A DNA stretch of 64,000 nucleotides. Origin: an uncultured bacterium. Lineage in GTDB: Bacteria > Zhuqueibacterota > QNDG01 > DTFT01. The notes beneath the pieces are model-generated. The model was not told where the DNA came from, made no database searches, and was given only the letters and a program-made list of their open reading frames with translations. The stretch is from the NCBI GenBank assembly GCA_963736115.1, contig CAVTNR010000009.1:128001-192000 (forward strand), given 5' to 3'. Positions within the stretch are counted from its first letter, which is position 1. Each line of letters begins with the position of its first letter. Below, one piece after another: positions 19,015 through 30,054 of the stretch. The position numbers and the translations under genes were made by a program.

Positions 19015-20196
19015 TCACTCGTACTGTTTTCCCACCCTTTGGTACGCCTCGCGGAAAGGCACGCCCTGCTTCACGAGCGCGTACACCCGCTCCGTGGCGA
19101 AGACCTCCTCCGTGAGCGCTTTCGCGCAGGCCGCTTCGTCCACCTCCAGGCCGGACACCAGTTTCGCCAGAATGGCCAGCGACGCGGCCGCCGCGTCCAG
19201 CGCCTCCATGAGCGGCTTCTTGGTGAGCTGGAGGTCGCGGTGGTAGCCGGAGATCAGGCCGGCCGTGGTCGTCTGAAGCTGGATCTCGCAGGCGAGAACG
19301 GCATGGTACTTCGCGCGCACCAGCTCCAGAACGTCCGGGTTTTTCTTCTGCGGCATGATGGAACTGCCGGTGCAGAAGGCCTCGGGCAGACGGACAAATC
19401 CCGCGTCCGGCATGGAGAAAAAGATGAGGTCGGACGACAGGCGGTTCGCGTCCAGCATGAAGAGCGCCGATGCGTGGACGAGCGTCGATTCGAATTTGCC
19501 TCGGCTCAGTTGAACGGCGATCGGATTCTCCTGCACGGCCGAAAATCCCGCCTCCTTCGCCGCGAAGGACCGGTCCACGTCGAGCGGCACGCCGTATCCC
19601 GCGCCCGTACCGAGCGGCGACTGGTCCATGCGGCCCTGGATGAAATCGAGAAGCCGGGCGTCCTCCTCCAGCGCCTCGGCATATCCGCCGGCCCACAGCC
19701 CGATCGAAGAGGGCATGGCCTTGCGCGTGTGTGTGTAACCGGGAATGCGCACCGCGCCGGAGCGGCCGGACAGGTCCTTCAGCGCCGCGGTCAGGGCGTC
19801 CGCGGCCTTTCGGATCCGGCCGGCCTCATCGATACAGAACAGGCGCAGGGCCGCCAGCACCTGGTCGTTCCGCGACCGGCCGGTGTGGATTTTCTTCCCG
19901 AGCTCGCCGAGCTTTTCCGTGAGCCGGTTCTCGATGGCGGTGTGGCAGTCCTCCATCTCCCTCGGAATCTCGAATCGGCCCTCCTTCGCCAGACGGGCAA
20001 TGGCTTCCAGCTCCTCCGTGAGACGGCGCGCCTCTTCGGCCTGGAGCACGCCGATGCGGCCGAGCATTTTCGCGTGGCCCGCCGAAGCCGCGCAGTCGTA
20101 CGGGACCAGCCGCAGGTCCAGCACGGGATCATCGCCCGCCGTGAAGGCTTCGACGTCCGGGTCCGTTTTCGTCTTTTTCTGCCAGAGTTTCACCAT
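19015..20196 (-). CDS. argH: Argininosuccinate lyase (short form, 393 aa)
   Basis: MVKLW, EDCHTAIE, HTGRSRNDQV, PGYTH, TGSSIMPQKKNPD, GVPFREAY. Confidence 0.95.
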   Translation of the reverse strand: MVKLWQKKTKTDPDVEAFTAGDDPVLDLRLVPYDCAASAGHAKMLGRIGVLQAEEARRLTEELEAIARLAKEGRFEIPREMEDCHTAIENRLTEKLGELGKKIHTGRSRNDQVLAALRLFCIDEAGRIRKAADALTAALKDLSGRSGAVRIPGYTHTRKAMPSSIGLWAGGYAEALEEDARLLDFIQGRMDQSPLGTGAGYGVPLDVDRSFAAKEAGFSAVQENPIAVQLSRGKFESTLVHASALFMLDANRLSSDLIFFSMPDAGFVRLPEAFCTGSSIMPQKKNPDVLELVRAKYHAVLACEIQLQTTTAGLISGYHRDLQLTKKPLMEALDAAAASLAILAKLVSGLEVDEAACAKALTEEVFATERVYALVKQGVPFREAYQRVGKQYE

Positions 20197-22439
20197 GCGG
20201 TCCTCAGGGTCAGGGAGAAGGCGCGGATCGGTTCCAGCATCCGCTCGCGAAGCGTATACATGTAATTGCCCATGTTGGTGCACTCGATCACGAGGTCGGT
20301 CCGGCCCAAGTCGAGCCCGACACGGCCGTCCACGACCCTCACCGGCACGCGTTCGTCCGCGTTGTAGAGCAGGGTCTCCTCGATCCGGCTCGCAAGGCGG
20401 GCGTCCAGGCCGAAAGTCAGCCTGCCGGTCCTCCATTCCGCGCCCGCGTTCAATCGGTGTTTCGAGCGGTACCGCAGTGGACGTCCTGTCCCGCGATCCC
20501 GGGAGTCGACAAAGGTGTATCCCGCCTGCCCGGACAGCCGGCCGTTCCACAGCGACGCCCGGCCGCGCGCTTCGAATCCCTGCGTGAACGCGCTTCCGAT
20601 GTTGAGAAACTGGATGTCCTGACTGCCGGGCTTCAGCCCGACTTCGATCATGTCCCGGTAATCGCTCCTGAATACCGCGGCATCGAGCAGGAGCACGGGA
20701 TGCGGCCCGTCCAGTGCCTGAAACAAGCGGCTCAGGTCCACCGTACGGCCCGCGCCGATCTCGGCGCTCCAGGCCCGCTCGGCTTTGCGCAGATCGAGAT
20801 TCGGGCTCACGTGAAAGCCCGACACCGTGATGTCCGCGAACACCTCGGCAATGGACGGCGCCCGGAACCCCCGGCCGAATGACGCGCGCAGGGCCGTTTC
20901 CCCGGTGGGCCTGAAGACCAGTCCGAGCCGCGGGCTGAGCTGGCCGTCCGAATACACACCCCGGACACGGTGAAAATCGTAACGCAGACCGGCCGTCAGT
21001 GTCGCACGCTCCGCGAATCGCAGGCCGTCCTCGCCGTACACCGCGAGATCGAGCGTCTCCGGACTCCCGTAAATGTCCGATTCCGCCCGGTTGTGCGCCG
21101 CTTCGGCGCCGAAGGTGGCCGCGTGCCTGCCCCACAACGCGTCGAACTGCGCCTCCGCGCCGGTCTTGTCCGTCCGGGCTTCGTCCTGGTTGTCCTGGTA
21201 ATCGTTCTTCCAGTGCGTGCGGTACCAGTTCGCCTTCAGGGTATAGGCCAGAGACGGGTTCAGGATGTGCCGGTACGTGGCGGTCGCGTTCGACTTTTTG
21301 TAACGGATGGAGTTGCCGGTCTCGGACGGGGGCACTTCGAGAGGCCGGCTCTGGCTCAGCCACTGGGTCACCTCGCCGTGGTCGTTGTCCGTATAGCCGG
21401 CTGAAAAGTTCAGCGTGCCCCGCTCCGAGGTGCGCGCCTTGACTTTCGCGCCCGCGTTCCACCGTTCAACCCATCCGTTCCGGCCGAAGCCGGTTCCGCC
21501 CTTGCGGCCGGCCGTGACCGACAGGCCCACCGGGCCGACGGTGCGGCTGTGCGAAACGTCCAGGCCGGCAAAACCCAGCGGGTTCCTGAGATCGAGCTCC
21601 CCCCGGTCGAAGATGCGGTAGGTCAGAAACCGGTCCGTCCAGCGCCAGGCGTCATAGGCCGGCATGTCATGGAACCCGGCCGTCATCCGGACGCGCGTTT
21701 CGGGCCCGGCCGACGGGTCGCGCGTGATGACATTCACCATGCCGGCCAGCGCGTTCGAACCGTACAGCGCGGACCCGGCGCCCTTCACCACCTCCACGCG
21801 CTCCACTTCCTCGATCGGTATCGCGTCCCAGTTGATGCCGCCGGTGTCGCCGTTGATCAGGGGATGTCCATCGACCAGCAGGAGCACGCGGCTGCCGGCC
21901 GCGTAATTGAATCCCGTGGATCCGCGCAGGTCGATCTGGCCGTCCGTCACGCCCATGCCGGCCGTGTTCTCCAGTACCTTGTCCAGCGTGACCGCGTTCC
22001 GCGACCGGATTTCCGTTTCTCCGACCACGTCCACGGTCACGGGCGCGTCCTCGATGGCCTGCTTCCGCTTTGAGGCCGTGACGATCTCAGTCGGTCTGCG
22101 GATCATCGTCTGCTTCAGCCGGAGCGTCACCTCCGTCGTCGCGCCCGCGGCGACCTCCAGTCCGGCCGCGGTCCGCTTCTCGTATCCCATAAGCGAGGCT
22201 TCGACGTCGCGGCGGCCGGAGGGTACGGCCGTCACTTCAAATCGACCCGCCTCGTCCGTCACAGCGCCGAGCCAGGTTCCCTTCACCATGACGTTGACGC
22301 CCCACAGCGGCCGGCCGGTCGCTTCGTCCACAACGCGTCCCTCCAGCCGGCCGCGGTCCTGGCCGGCTCCGGTTCCGCAGAGGGAAAGCAGGAACACGCA
22401 TGCGGCCGCAGTCGCCGCCCAGGCGGGGCGGCGCCTCAT
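20190..22439 (-). CDS. TonB-dependent receptor with N-terminal carboxypeptidase-regulatory-like domain
   Basis: GRVVDEATGRPLWGVNV, VTASK, IDLRG, VERVEVVKGAGSALYGSNALAGMVNVIT, GFRAPS, C-terminal Trp. Confidence 0.93.
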   Translation of the reverse strand: MRRRPAWAATAAACVFLLSLCGTGAGQDRGRLEGRVVDEATGRPLWGVNVMVKGTWLGAVTDEAGRFEVTAVPSGRRDVEASLMGYEKRTAAGLEVAAGATTEVTLRLKQTMIRRPTEIVTASKRKQAIEDAPVTVDVVGETEIRSRNAVTLDKVLENTAGMGVTDGQIDLRGSTGFNYAAGSRVLLLVDGHPLINGDTGGINWDAIPIEEVERVEVVKGAGSALYGSNALAGMVNVITRDPSAGPETRVRMTAGFHDMPAYDAWRWTDRFLTYRIFDRGELDLRNPLGFAGLDVSHSRTVGPVGLSVTAGRKGGTGFGRNGWVERWNAGAKVKARTSERGTLNFSAGYTDNDHGEVTQWLSQSRPLEVPPSETGNSIRYKKSNATATYRHILNPSLAYTLKANWYRTHWKNDYQDNQDEARTDKTGAEAQFDALWGRHAATFGAEAAHNRAESDIYGSPETLDLAVYGEDGLRFAERATLTAGLRYDFHRVRGVYSDGQLSPRLGLVFRPTGETALRASFGRGFRAPSIAEVFADITVSGFHVSPNLDLRKAERAWSAEIGAGRTVDLSRLFQALDGPHPVLLLDAAVFRSDYRDMIEVGLKPGSQDIQFLNIGSAFTQGFEARGRASLWNGRLSGQAGYTFVDSRDRGTGRPLRYRSKHRLNAGAEWRTGRLTFGLDARLASRIEETLLYNADERVPVRVVDGRVGLDLGRTDLVIECTNMGNYMYTLRERMLEPIRAFSLTLRTAW

Positions 22440-22969
22440 CTCTTCCTCCCCCGCCTGAAGAACGGCAGCTCCCTGCCGACATTGGCGAAATCGGCCGAGA
22501 TGTTGATGCGGTCATAGGTTACGCCGTCGATGATCTCCACGGGGGAGGGCCGGGTCTGCAGATCCGGGTTCCGGTAATAGGCGCCCAGTTCCTTGACGCC
22601 GTAGAGATAATCAGGCGTGTCCGGGAACCAGATGACGAACACCCATTCGTAAGTGCCGGGTTCGAGCCGGACATGATAATCATACGAATCGGCATTCCGG
22701 GGTATGGTGTCGCAGAGCTGGATGCCGCCGCTGAGAAAATTCTGCAGAACGAAAGCGATCAGGCCGTCGCGGTCCGTGATGCCTTCCGGGTACGTCTTGG
22801 AAACGACGAGCACGACGTCCCGCGTCGAGTCGGGCCATGCGCCCGTGAAGGTGATGCGGCCCCGCAGACCCGAACCCGGCTCCGAGGCGGCCGGAGACAG
22901 GCCGTGATCCGCGCAGGAAAGCGCGGCCAGGCCTGCAAGAAGGAACAAAAACCGGGGAACGGATCTCAA
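22436..22969 (-). CDS. Hypothetical lipoprotein
   Basis: Lipobox LAALSC; overlaps both neighbours by 4 nt. Confidence 0.7.
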   Translation of the reverse strand: MRSVPRFLFLLAGLAALSCADHGLSPAASEPGSGLRGRITFTGAWPDSTRDVVLVVSKTYPEGITDRDGLIAFVLQNFLSGGIQLCDTIPRNADSYDYHVRLEPGTYEWVFVIWFPDTPDYLYGVKELGAYYRNPDLQTRPSPVEIIDGVTYDRINISADFANVGRELPFFRRGRKR

Positions 22970-23472
22970 CGCTTCCTCCGGCCGGAGGGAGCGGGTTGTT
23001 TTTTCAGGATGGACGCGGCGATCAGGCCGCCGCTTGTGGCGAAAATGGAATTGATGATAAAGCTCGAAATCAAGCCGAGCACGACCATAAAGGGACTGAA
23101 TTCCCCGGCGGAGCGGATCATTTCCATGGAATCCGTGAGTTCCTCCGGCATGTCCTTCATATTGTTCAGCAGCTCATCCAGCATGTGCGTGGAGAAATCG
23201 AGGCCGATCAGAGCGAAGAAATACTGCAGGAATCCGCCGAACAGGGCGCCGAAAGCGCCGGCCAGAAAACCGGTCAAAGCGCCTTCCGACGAGGTCAGGT
23301 TCCCTCCGGGGGGAAGCGACCGCCGGAACATCCAGGCCGCGAGAAACCCGCCGAGTACGACCCAAAGACAGCACAGGCAATTGCCGAGATTCAGCAGGGG
23401 CGTGCGGGAAAAGAAAGCGATGAATGCGCCGCCGGCCAGGGCCGGAATCAGTTTGCCGGGCTTTTCTTGCAT
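22966..23472 (-). CDS. Integral membrane protein (DUF4199/DUF5518-like)
   Basis: Four TM segments, NCLCC motif, EGALTGFLAG; GAGGAG RBS. Confidence 0.7.
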   Translation of the reverse strand: MQEKPGKLIPALAGGAFIAFFSRTPLLNLGNCLCCLWVVLGGFLAAWMFRRSLPPGGNLTSSEGALTGFLAGAFGALFGGFLQYFFALIGLDFSTHMLDELLNNMKDMPEELTDSMEMIRSAGEFSPFMVVLGLISSFIINSIFATSGGLIAASILKKQPAPSGRRKR

Positions 23473-23954
23473 GTCACTCCTCTCAGGTGCGGGCCGCCGG
23501 TGACGAGATCAAACACAGCAGGCAGAAGATAAAAGGGAACCGCCGCCCCGGCCGCGAATCCGGTGAGCATTCTCAGGCTGTTGGACGATTCGAAGAGCCC
23601 CAGGTGGGACAGGATAAAATCCAGAGCCGCGGGCGCCAGGCAGGCCGCGAACAGGGCCGGTTTGGGCGTCCCCGGGTTCAGACGCTTCCGAAGGAGAAAC
23701 CAGGCGGTCGTGCCTGCCGCGTATCCGGCGTAAACCCCGTAGCACCTGGCGCATACGGCCATGGGTTCGCCGAACAGGAAGAAGGACCGTTCCGGGATCT
23801 GGTGGCAGGCATTCGCGTATCCGAACCGGACGCAGGCCGGGATGAAATCCGAACCCAGTCCGAGACCGTTCCATACGGCCGGGACCAGGGGAAACAGCAA
23901 ACCGGCCAGAGCCGCGGCCCACGCGAGAACCGCGAAAAGTCCTCTTTTCTCCAT
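23448..23954 (-). CDS. DUF2085 membrane protein
   Basis: CHQIPERSF, MAVCARCYGVYAG, SNSLRMLTG. Confidence 0.85.
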   Translation of the reverse strand: MEKRGLFAVLAWAAALAGLLFPLVPAVWNGLGLGSDFIPACVRFGYANACHQIPERSFFLFGEPMAVCARCYGVYAGYAAGTTAWFLLRKRLNPGTPKPALFAACLAPAALDFILSHLGLFESSNSLRMLTGFAAGAAVPFYLLPAVFDLVTGGPHLRGVTCKKSPAN

Positions 23955-23961
23955 GGTTTGT

Positions 23962-23990
23962 AATATGTCAACAATCCGGAAAAAAGTCAA
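23962..23990 (-). promoter_or_regulatory. sigma70-type promoter, probably giving a leaderless mRNA
   Basis: TTGACT-17 nt-CATATT, then 7 nt to the ATG at 23954; no SD sequence. Confidence 0.55.
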
Positions 23991-24307
23991 ATGGTTTATC
24001 TGAGGGCCGGCATTCCCGTGGTAAATCCGGGGAGCCGGGAACCATCCGGTTTTCCGAAAGCACAGCCTGCAAACACGCATGGCGGGGTTGGATAATGGGC
24101 CTTAAAAAATACTCAAATCGCGGATGAAAGCATGAACCTCCAGATCAAAAAAAAATAGCTAATCCAATAAATATATATATTTGTACGCCAACGCGCCATG
24201 AAACATGATACTTCATATTTTTCTCTACTGCTATGGATAAATTGGCTCAATAATTCGCTGAAAATCCTCGTTTTTGTGTAAAACTAGTGTAAAAACCCAC
24301 CTTTTCA

Positions 24308-24336
24308 TTGACATTTTACCGTTTATCCTTTATATT
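24308..24336 (+). promoter_or_regulatory. sigma70-type promoter of the efp-accB-accC-gcvH operon
   Basis: TTGACA-17 nt-TATATT. Confidence 0.8.
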
Positions 24337-24381
24337 GGCTGGTCTATTCCCTGAAGCAACCTTCTCTGACGAAAGGAAATT

Positions 24382-24942
24382 ATGGTTTCCACCTCTGAAT
24401 TCCGCAACGGTCTGGTGATGCTTCTGGAAGGCGATCTGTACACCATGGTCGAATTCCAGCATGTTAAACCCGGCAAGGGCGGGGCCTTTGTCCGGACGCG
24501 CATTAAAAACATCAAGACCGGCCGGGTGCTCGACAAGACTTTCCGCTCGGGCGACAAGGTTGAGGACGTACGGCTTGAAACGAAGACATTCCAGTTCCTC
24601 TATAAAAGCGACCAGGACTACGCGTTCATGGATACCAGCTCCTATGACCAGATCACGCTGAGCGCGGAAGTGGTCGGAGACGGGCACGTGTACATGAAGG
24701 AAAACCTCGAGGTTGAAGTCGTGTACCATGGCGACACGGCCATCGGCGTGAATATCCCCAATTTCGTGGATCTCAAGATCGTGACAACCGATCCCGGCCT
24801 CAAGGGCGACACGGTTTCGGGCGCCACAAAGCCGGCAACCGTCGAATCGGGCGCCGTCGTTCAGGTTCCGCTCTTCCTTTCGGAAGGGACGGTCATCAAA
24901 GTCGACACCCGCACCGGCATTTACGTGGAGCGGGTGAAATAA
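24382..24942 (+). CDS. efp: Elongation factor P
   Basis: [29 protein letters not shown]. Confidence 0.98.
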   Translation: MVSTSEFRNGLVMLLEGDLYTMVEFQHVKPGKGGAFVRTRIKNIKTGRVLDKTFRSGDKVEDVRLETKTFQFLYKSDQDYAFMDTSSYDQITLSAEVVGDGHVYMKENLEVEVVYHGDTAIGVNIPNFVDLKIVTTDPGLKGDTVSGATKPATVESGAVVQVPLFLSEGTVIKVDTRTGIYVERVK

Positions 24943-24965
24943 CCCTGACTTTCGGGGGACCGATC

Positions 24966-25457
<492 letters not shown>

Positions 25458-25468
25458 GGCCCCCGGCC

Positions 25469-26833
25469 ATGCGCAAGATTCTGATCGCCAACCGCGGCGA
25501 GATCGCCCTGCGGATCATCCGCACCTGCAAGGAACTCGGCATCTCGACCGTGGCCGTGTATTCCGAAGCGGACCGCGACTGCCTCCACACCCGGTTCGCG
25601 GACGAGGCCGTGTGCATCGGCCCGCCCGCGCCCAGCCAGAGCTACCTGAAAATTCCCGGCATCATCAGCGCGGCCGAAATCACCAGCGCCGACGCCATCC
25701 ATCCCGGCTACGGCTTTCTCGCCGAGAACGCCGAATTCGCCGAGATCTGCGAATCCTCCGGATTCCGGTTCATCGGCCCGACCGCGGACATGATCATGCG
25801 CATGGGCGATAAGATCTACGCCAAGAACATGATGCGAAAAGCGGGCGTGCCCGTGATTCCCGGAAGCGACGGCGACGTATCGGACGAGCGGGAGGCCGTC
25901 GGGCTGGCGAAGGAAATCGGGTATCCGGTCATTCTCAAGGCGGCGGCCGGCGGCGGCGGCCGCGGCATGCGCATCGTGCGGGAGGAGAAGGAAATCGCCG
26001 CGGCTTTCGCGACTGCGTCCGCCGAAGCCCAGGCCGGATTCGGCAACCCGACCCTGTACATGGAAAAGTATTTCGAGAGCCCACGCCACGTCGAGGTCCA
26101 GCTGATCGGCGACGGCAAAGGCGAAGTCATCGCGCTGGGCGAGCGGGAATGCTCCATCCAGCGGAAGCACCAGAAACTCATCGAGGAATCGCCCTCCCCG
26201 GCCGTGGACGCGGCTTTGCGGAAGCGCATGACGGCCGCCGCGGTGAAAGGCGCCCGCGCGGTCAACTACCGCAGCGCGGGCACCATCGAATTTCTCCTGG
26301 ACGCGGACGGCAAATTCTACTTCATGGAAATGAACACCCGCATCCAGGTGGAGCACCCGGTCACGGAGATGGTCTACGGCGTGGACCTCGTGAAGGAGCA
26401 GATTCTCATCGCGTCGGGGGAGGATTTCAAGCATATCCATCCGGAGATCGAACCCCGCGGCCACGCCATCGAGTGCCGGATCAACGCGGAAGACCCGTAC
26501 AAAGCCTTCAGGCCCTCGCCCGGAAAAATCACCAGTTTCCACGTGCCCGGCGGTATGGGCGTCCGCGTCGACACGCACGCCTATGCCGGATATGTCATCC
26601 CCCCCTATTACGACTCGCTCATCGCCAAGCTCATCGCCCACGGCCACGACCGGCCGGAAGCCCTCCGCCGCATGATGCGGGCCCTGGATGAATTCATCGT
26701 GGAGGGCGTGCCCACCACCATCCCGTTCCAAAAGCAAGTCATGACGGACGACCGGTTCAACCGGGGGGACTTCAACACGCATTTTCTCGAACACTTCAAG
26801 CTGGTCGAAGACACGCACGAAAAACCCCGCTGA
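25469..26833 (+). CDS. accC: Biotin carboxylase
   Basis: [43 protein letters not shown]. Confidence 0.98.
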   Translation: MRKILIANRGEIALRIIRTCKELGISTVAVYSEADRDCLHTRFADEAVCIGPPAPSQSYLKIPGIISAAEITSADAIHPGYGFLAENAEFAEICESSGFRFIGPTADMIMRMGDKIYAKNMMRKAGVPVIPGSDGDVSDEREAVGLAKEIGYPVILKAAAGGGGRGMRIVREEKEIAAAFATASAEAQAGFGNPTLYMEKYFESPRHVEVQLIGDGKGEVIALGERECSIQRKHQKLIEESPSPAVDAALRKRMTAAAVKGARAVNYRSAGTIEFLLDADGKFYFMEMNTRIQVEHPVTEMVYGVDLVKEQILIASGEDFKHIHPEIEPRGHAIECRINAEDPYKAFRPSPGKITSFHVPGGMGVRVDTHAYAGYVIPPYYDSLIAKLIAHGHDRPEALRRMMRALDEFIVEGVPTTIPFQKQVMTDDRFNRGDFNTHFLEHFKLVEDTHEKPR

Positions 26834-26885
26834 AGACGCGGCAGCCGCCCGTCCAGCCTGTCTGACCCTATTGAAGGATGATCGC

Positions 26886-27263
26886 ATGAACATACCCGAA
26901 AACCTCCGCTACACCAAGGAACACGAGTGGGCCCGCCTCGAAGGCGGCGACGCGGTGGTCGGCATCACCGACTACGCCCAGTCCGAGCTTGGGGACATTG
27001 TCTTCGTCGAACTGCCGGCCCCCGGCAAAAAAACCGAACCGGGGAAATCGTGCGCCTCGATCGAGGCGGTCAAGGCGGTCTCGGACCTGTTCGCCCCGCT
27101 TTCAGGGGAAGTGATCGAAGTGAACAAGGATCTCGAAACCGCACCTCAACTGGTGAACCAGGATCCGTACGGAAAGGGCTGGATCCTGAAAATCCGGTTG
27201 TCCGACAAGGCCGAATGGGATGGCCTGATGCAGGCCGTTGAATACCAAAAACTGATCGGCTGA
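26886..27263 (+). CDS. gcvH: Glycine cleavage system H protein
   Basis: YTKEHEW, GITDYAQSELGDIVFVELP, EAVKAVSD (lipoyl Lys), NQDPYGKGW. Confidence 0.97.
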   Translation: MNIPENLRYTKEHEWARLEGGDAVVGITDYAQSELGDIVFVELPAPGKKTEPGKSCASIEAVKAVSDLFAPLSGEVIEVNKDLETAPQLVNQDPYGKGWILKIRLSDKAEWDGLMQAVEYQKLIG

Positions 27264-27426
27264 CCGGCCCGTCCGGACGGCTGGCGCGGGCCGTCTCGAG
27301 TCCGGTCCCCGGCCCGTGCGGGAGACCGCGGAGCGCCTACCAGGCGCCGGCCGCAGGCCGCCGCAGGCTCCGCTCCGGAGTCTCACTGGAAGCGACGTGC
27401 CGGAAACGGCGTTTTTCCCTGGAACC

Positions 27427-28047
27427 ATGACCGACGTCATCCAAATTCATCCGGACAATCCCCAGAATCGGCTGATCGTCCGATGCGTTGACGTGATCCG
27501 CGAGGGCGGCGTCGTTGCGTATCCAACGGACTCGGGTTATGCGCTGGGCTGTCACCTCGGGGACAAATCGGCCCATGACCGGATCTGCCAGATCCGCCAG
27601 GTGGACGCCCATCACAACTTCACGCTTCTGTGCCGCGATCTGTCCGAGGTCTCATTATATGCGGTGTTTGACACGCCCGTGTACCGCCTGCTCAAGGCCC
27701 ATACGCCGGGACAGTACACGTTCATCCTCCAGGCCACCCGCGAAGTGCCCCGCAGGTGCATCCACCCCAAGCGGAAAACCATCGGACTTCGCGTGCCCAC
27801 CCACCGCATCGCACGGGACATTCTCGGGACGCTCAACGAACCCATGCTGACGACCACGCTCATTCTGCCCCCGGACGAGGATCCGCTCGCGGATCCGGAC
27901 GAAATCCTCCGCCGTCTCGACGGCCGGGTGGACCTGATCGTCGACGGCGGATGGACCGGATCGAGGCCCACCACTGTCGTGAACCTCATGGAATTTCCCT
28001 ATCGCGTCCTCCGCCGCGGAGAGGGCGACCCAACGGATTTCGAATAA
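27427..28047 (+). CDS. Sua5/YciO/YrdC family protein (YciO-like)
   Basis: IHPDNPQ, YPTDSGYALGC, PGQYTFIL, KRKTIGLRVP, PTTVV. Confidence 0.9.
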   Translation: MTDVIQIHPDNPQNRLIVRCVDVIREGGVVAYPTDSGYALGCHLGDKSAHDRICQIRQVDAHHNFTLLCRDLSEVSLYAVFDTPVYRLLKAHTPGQYTFILQATREVPRRCIHPKRKTIGLRVPTHRIARDILGTLNEPMLTTTLILPPDEDPLADPDEILRRLDGRVDLIVDGGWTGSRPTTVVNLMEFPYRVLRRGEGDPTDFE

Positions 28048-28162
28048 TCCCCGCGCACGTGTTTTTTCATCCGCGCCAGCGGACGGGGGCCGGCCGACCC
28101 GGAGGGGGGGGCGGTTGGAAACGCGGTCAGGCACCGCCGGACCGGAAAGAGAGGAGACTCCT

Positions 28163-29884
28163 TTGACGCCAATTGAAAAGAAAACGCTCCCGGCCATGCT
28201 CCGGCGGACCATCGAGACTCACGGTGACAGACCCGCCGTATCGTGGGTTGGGGGCGAGCCGGTGACCTACCGTGAATTCGGCCGGCGTGTCGGGGCTTTG
28301 TCGGCCGGGCTCTCGGCCCTGGGCGTGTCCGCCGGGGACCGCGTCGCCATCCTTTCGGAGAACAGGCCCGAATGGGGCATCGCCCATTTTGCCGTCACCT
28401 CGCTCGGCGCGATTGCGGTTCCCATCCTTCCCGACTTCCATACTGAAGAAATTCGGACCATCCTGGCGCATTCCGAGGCCAAAATCCTGATCGTCTCCCA
28501 GCGCCAGTACGCCAAAGCCGAGGGCGACGGCGGCATATCATGCCCGATCCGCATCCGGATGGAGGGATTTGTGCGCATTCCGGACGGATCGACCGCGGAG
28601 GCGATTTCGAATCTGCCCGATTCGGGAGGGCTGGACCGGACGCCGGACGGCGCTCCTGACGACTGGGCCTGGGCTTCCCGGCCGGTCCGGGAGGAGGACA
28701 CGGCCGCCATCATCTACACGTCCGGCACCACCGGGCATTCCAAGGGCGTGGTGCTGACGCACCGGAACTTCGTCTTCGACACCTTGGCCACGCTCGAGAT
28801 CCAGCGCGTCACGGAGGTCGACCGGTTTATCTCCATCCTGCCCCTCTCCCACTGCTACGAATTCACCATCGGATTTCTGATCCCCGTGGCCAAGGGCGCC
28901 TGCGTGTACTACCTGGACAAGCCTCCGGTGGCGCGCGTGCTGATGCCGGCCCTCGAAGCCGTCCGGCCCACGGTCATGCTCACCGTTCCCCTGATCATGG
29001 AGAAGGTGTACAAGAACAGCGTTCTGCCCAAGCTTTCGGCCAACGGCTTGATGCGAGGCCTGATGAAGGTGCCGTTCATGCGGCGCCTCCTCCACCGCGC
29101 GGCCGCCCGCAAAGTGTACCGGACGTTCGGCGGAAAACTTCATTTCTACGGCATCGGCGGCGCCAAGGTGTCCGCGGACACGGAACGGTTCCTGCGTGAG
29201 GGGCGCTTCCCCTACGCGATCGGTTACGGCCTCACCGAGACGTCGCCCATGATCGCGGGGTGCACGCCTCGGCTGACCCGTTTCCGCTCCACCGGCCCCG
29301 TCATACCCGGCGTGGAAATCCGCCTCGAGCATCAGGACCCCGAAACCGGGGAGGGGGAGATCTATGCTCGCGGGCCCAATGTCATGACCGGCTATTACCG
29401 CGACCCGGAGCGTACGGCCGAAGTGCTGTCTCCGGACGGCTGGTTCCGGACGGGCGATCTGGGCAAGCTGGACAAGGACGGCTACCTCTACATCATGGGC
29501 CGCGCGAAAAACACCATCATCGGGCCCAACGGCGAGAACATCTACCCCGAGGAAATCGAATCCGTCCTGAACCGGTCGGAGGAAGTGACCGAATCCCTGG
29601 TCTACGAGGACGAAGGGAAGCTGGTCGCGGCCGTGCATCCGAACTACGAATTCCTGCACCGCGAGCTCGAGGCCCTCGGCCTGACGAAAGAGCAGATCAG
29701 CCATGCCGTTCGCGAGAGGCTGGAGGCGATGCGCCACCGGGTCAACGCGAGCATCTCCCGTTTCTCCCGCATCACGCGCATCATCGAACAACCCGAGCCT
29801 TTCGAAAAGACGCCGACCCAGAAAATCAAGCGGTTCCTGTACACGGGGAAGCGCGGCTCGAAGGAAAAGTCGGGCAAATCCTGA
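28163..29884 (+). CDS. Long-chain fatty acid--CoA ligase (AMP-binding)
   Basis: YTSGTTGHSKGV, GYGLTETSP, GWFRTGDLG, GENIYPEEIE, TPTQKIKR; GAGGAG RBS before TTG. Confidence 0.9.
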   Translation: MTPIEKKTLPAMLRRTIETHGDRPAVSWVGGEPVTYREFGRRVGALSAGLSALGVSAGDRVAILSENRPEWGIAHFAVTSLGAIAVPILPDFHTEEIRTILAHSEAKILIVSQRQYAKAEGDGGISCPIRIRMEGFVRIPDGSTAEAISNLPDSGGLDRTPDGAPDDWAWASRPVREEDTAAIIYTSGTTGHSKGVVLTHRNFVFDTLATLEIQRVTEVDRFISILPLSHCYEFTIGFLIPVAKGACVYYLDKPPVARVLMPALEAVRPTVMLTVPLIMEKVYKNSVLPKLSANGLMRGLMKVPFMRRLLHRAAARKVYRTFGGKLHFYGIGGAKVSADTERFLREGRFPYAIGYGLTETSPMIAGCTPRLTRFRSTGPVIPGVEIRLEHQDPETGEGEIYARGPNVMTGYYRDPERTAEVLSPDGWFRTGDLGKLDKDGYLYIMGRAKNTIIGPNGENIYPEEIESVLNRSEEVTESLVYEDEGKLVAAVHPNYEFLHRELEALGLTKEQISHAVRERLEAMRHRVNASISRFSRITRIIEQPEPFEKTPTQKIKRFLYTGKRGSKEKSGKS

Positions 29885-30054
29885 CGAGGCATCTCGCAAA
29901 GCCCGCAGCGAAACGGTCAGGACCGTCTCTCTGAGCCCCGCTTCCCCGCTTCCCTGCGGGGTCGTGAGGGTCGGGGGAAGGGCTTGTCGCCCGAAGGGCG
30001 ATTCGCTCCCGAAGAGCCTTGCCGCGGAACACCGGGATGATGAAAGGGATCGTC

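Noticed and set aside
19015-21462. 815-aa ArgH fusion in the ORF track
   Set aside because: The N-terminal part is an off-frame read through the TonB receptor gene; ArgH homology starts at MVKLW (20196).
24080-24300. Possible oriC: AT-rich tract with two TTATCCA-like motifs (24087-24095, 24232-24240)
   Set aside because: Only two imperfect DnaA boxes and no dnaA/dnaN/gidA context; explained by divergent promoters.
29900-30030. CCCCGCTT x2-3 and small hairpins after the acyl-CoA ligase
   Set aside because: Too short and GC-rich to distinguish from chance or an ordinary terminator.
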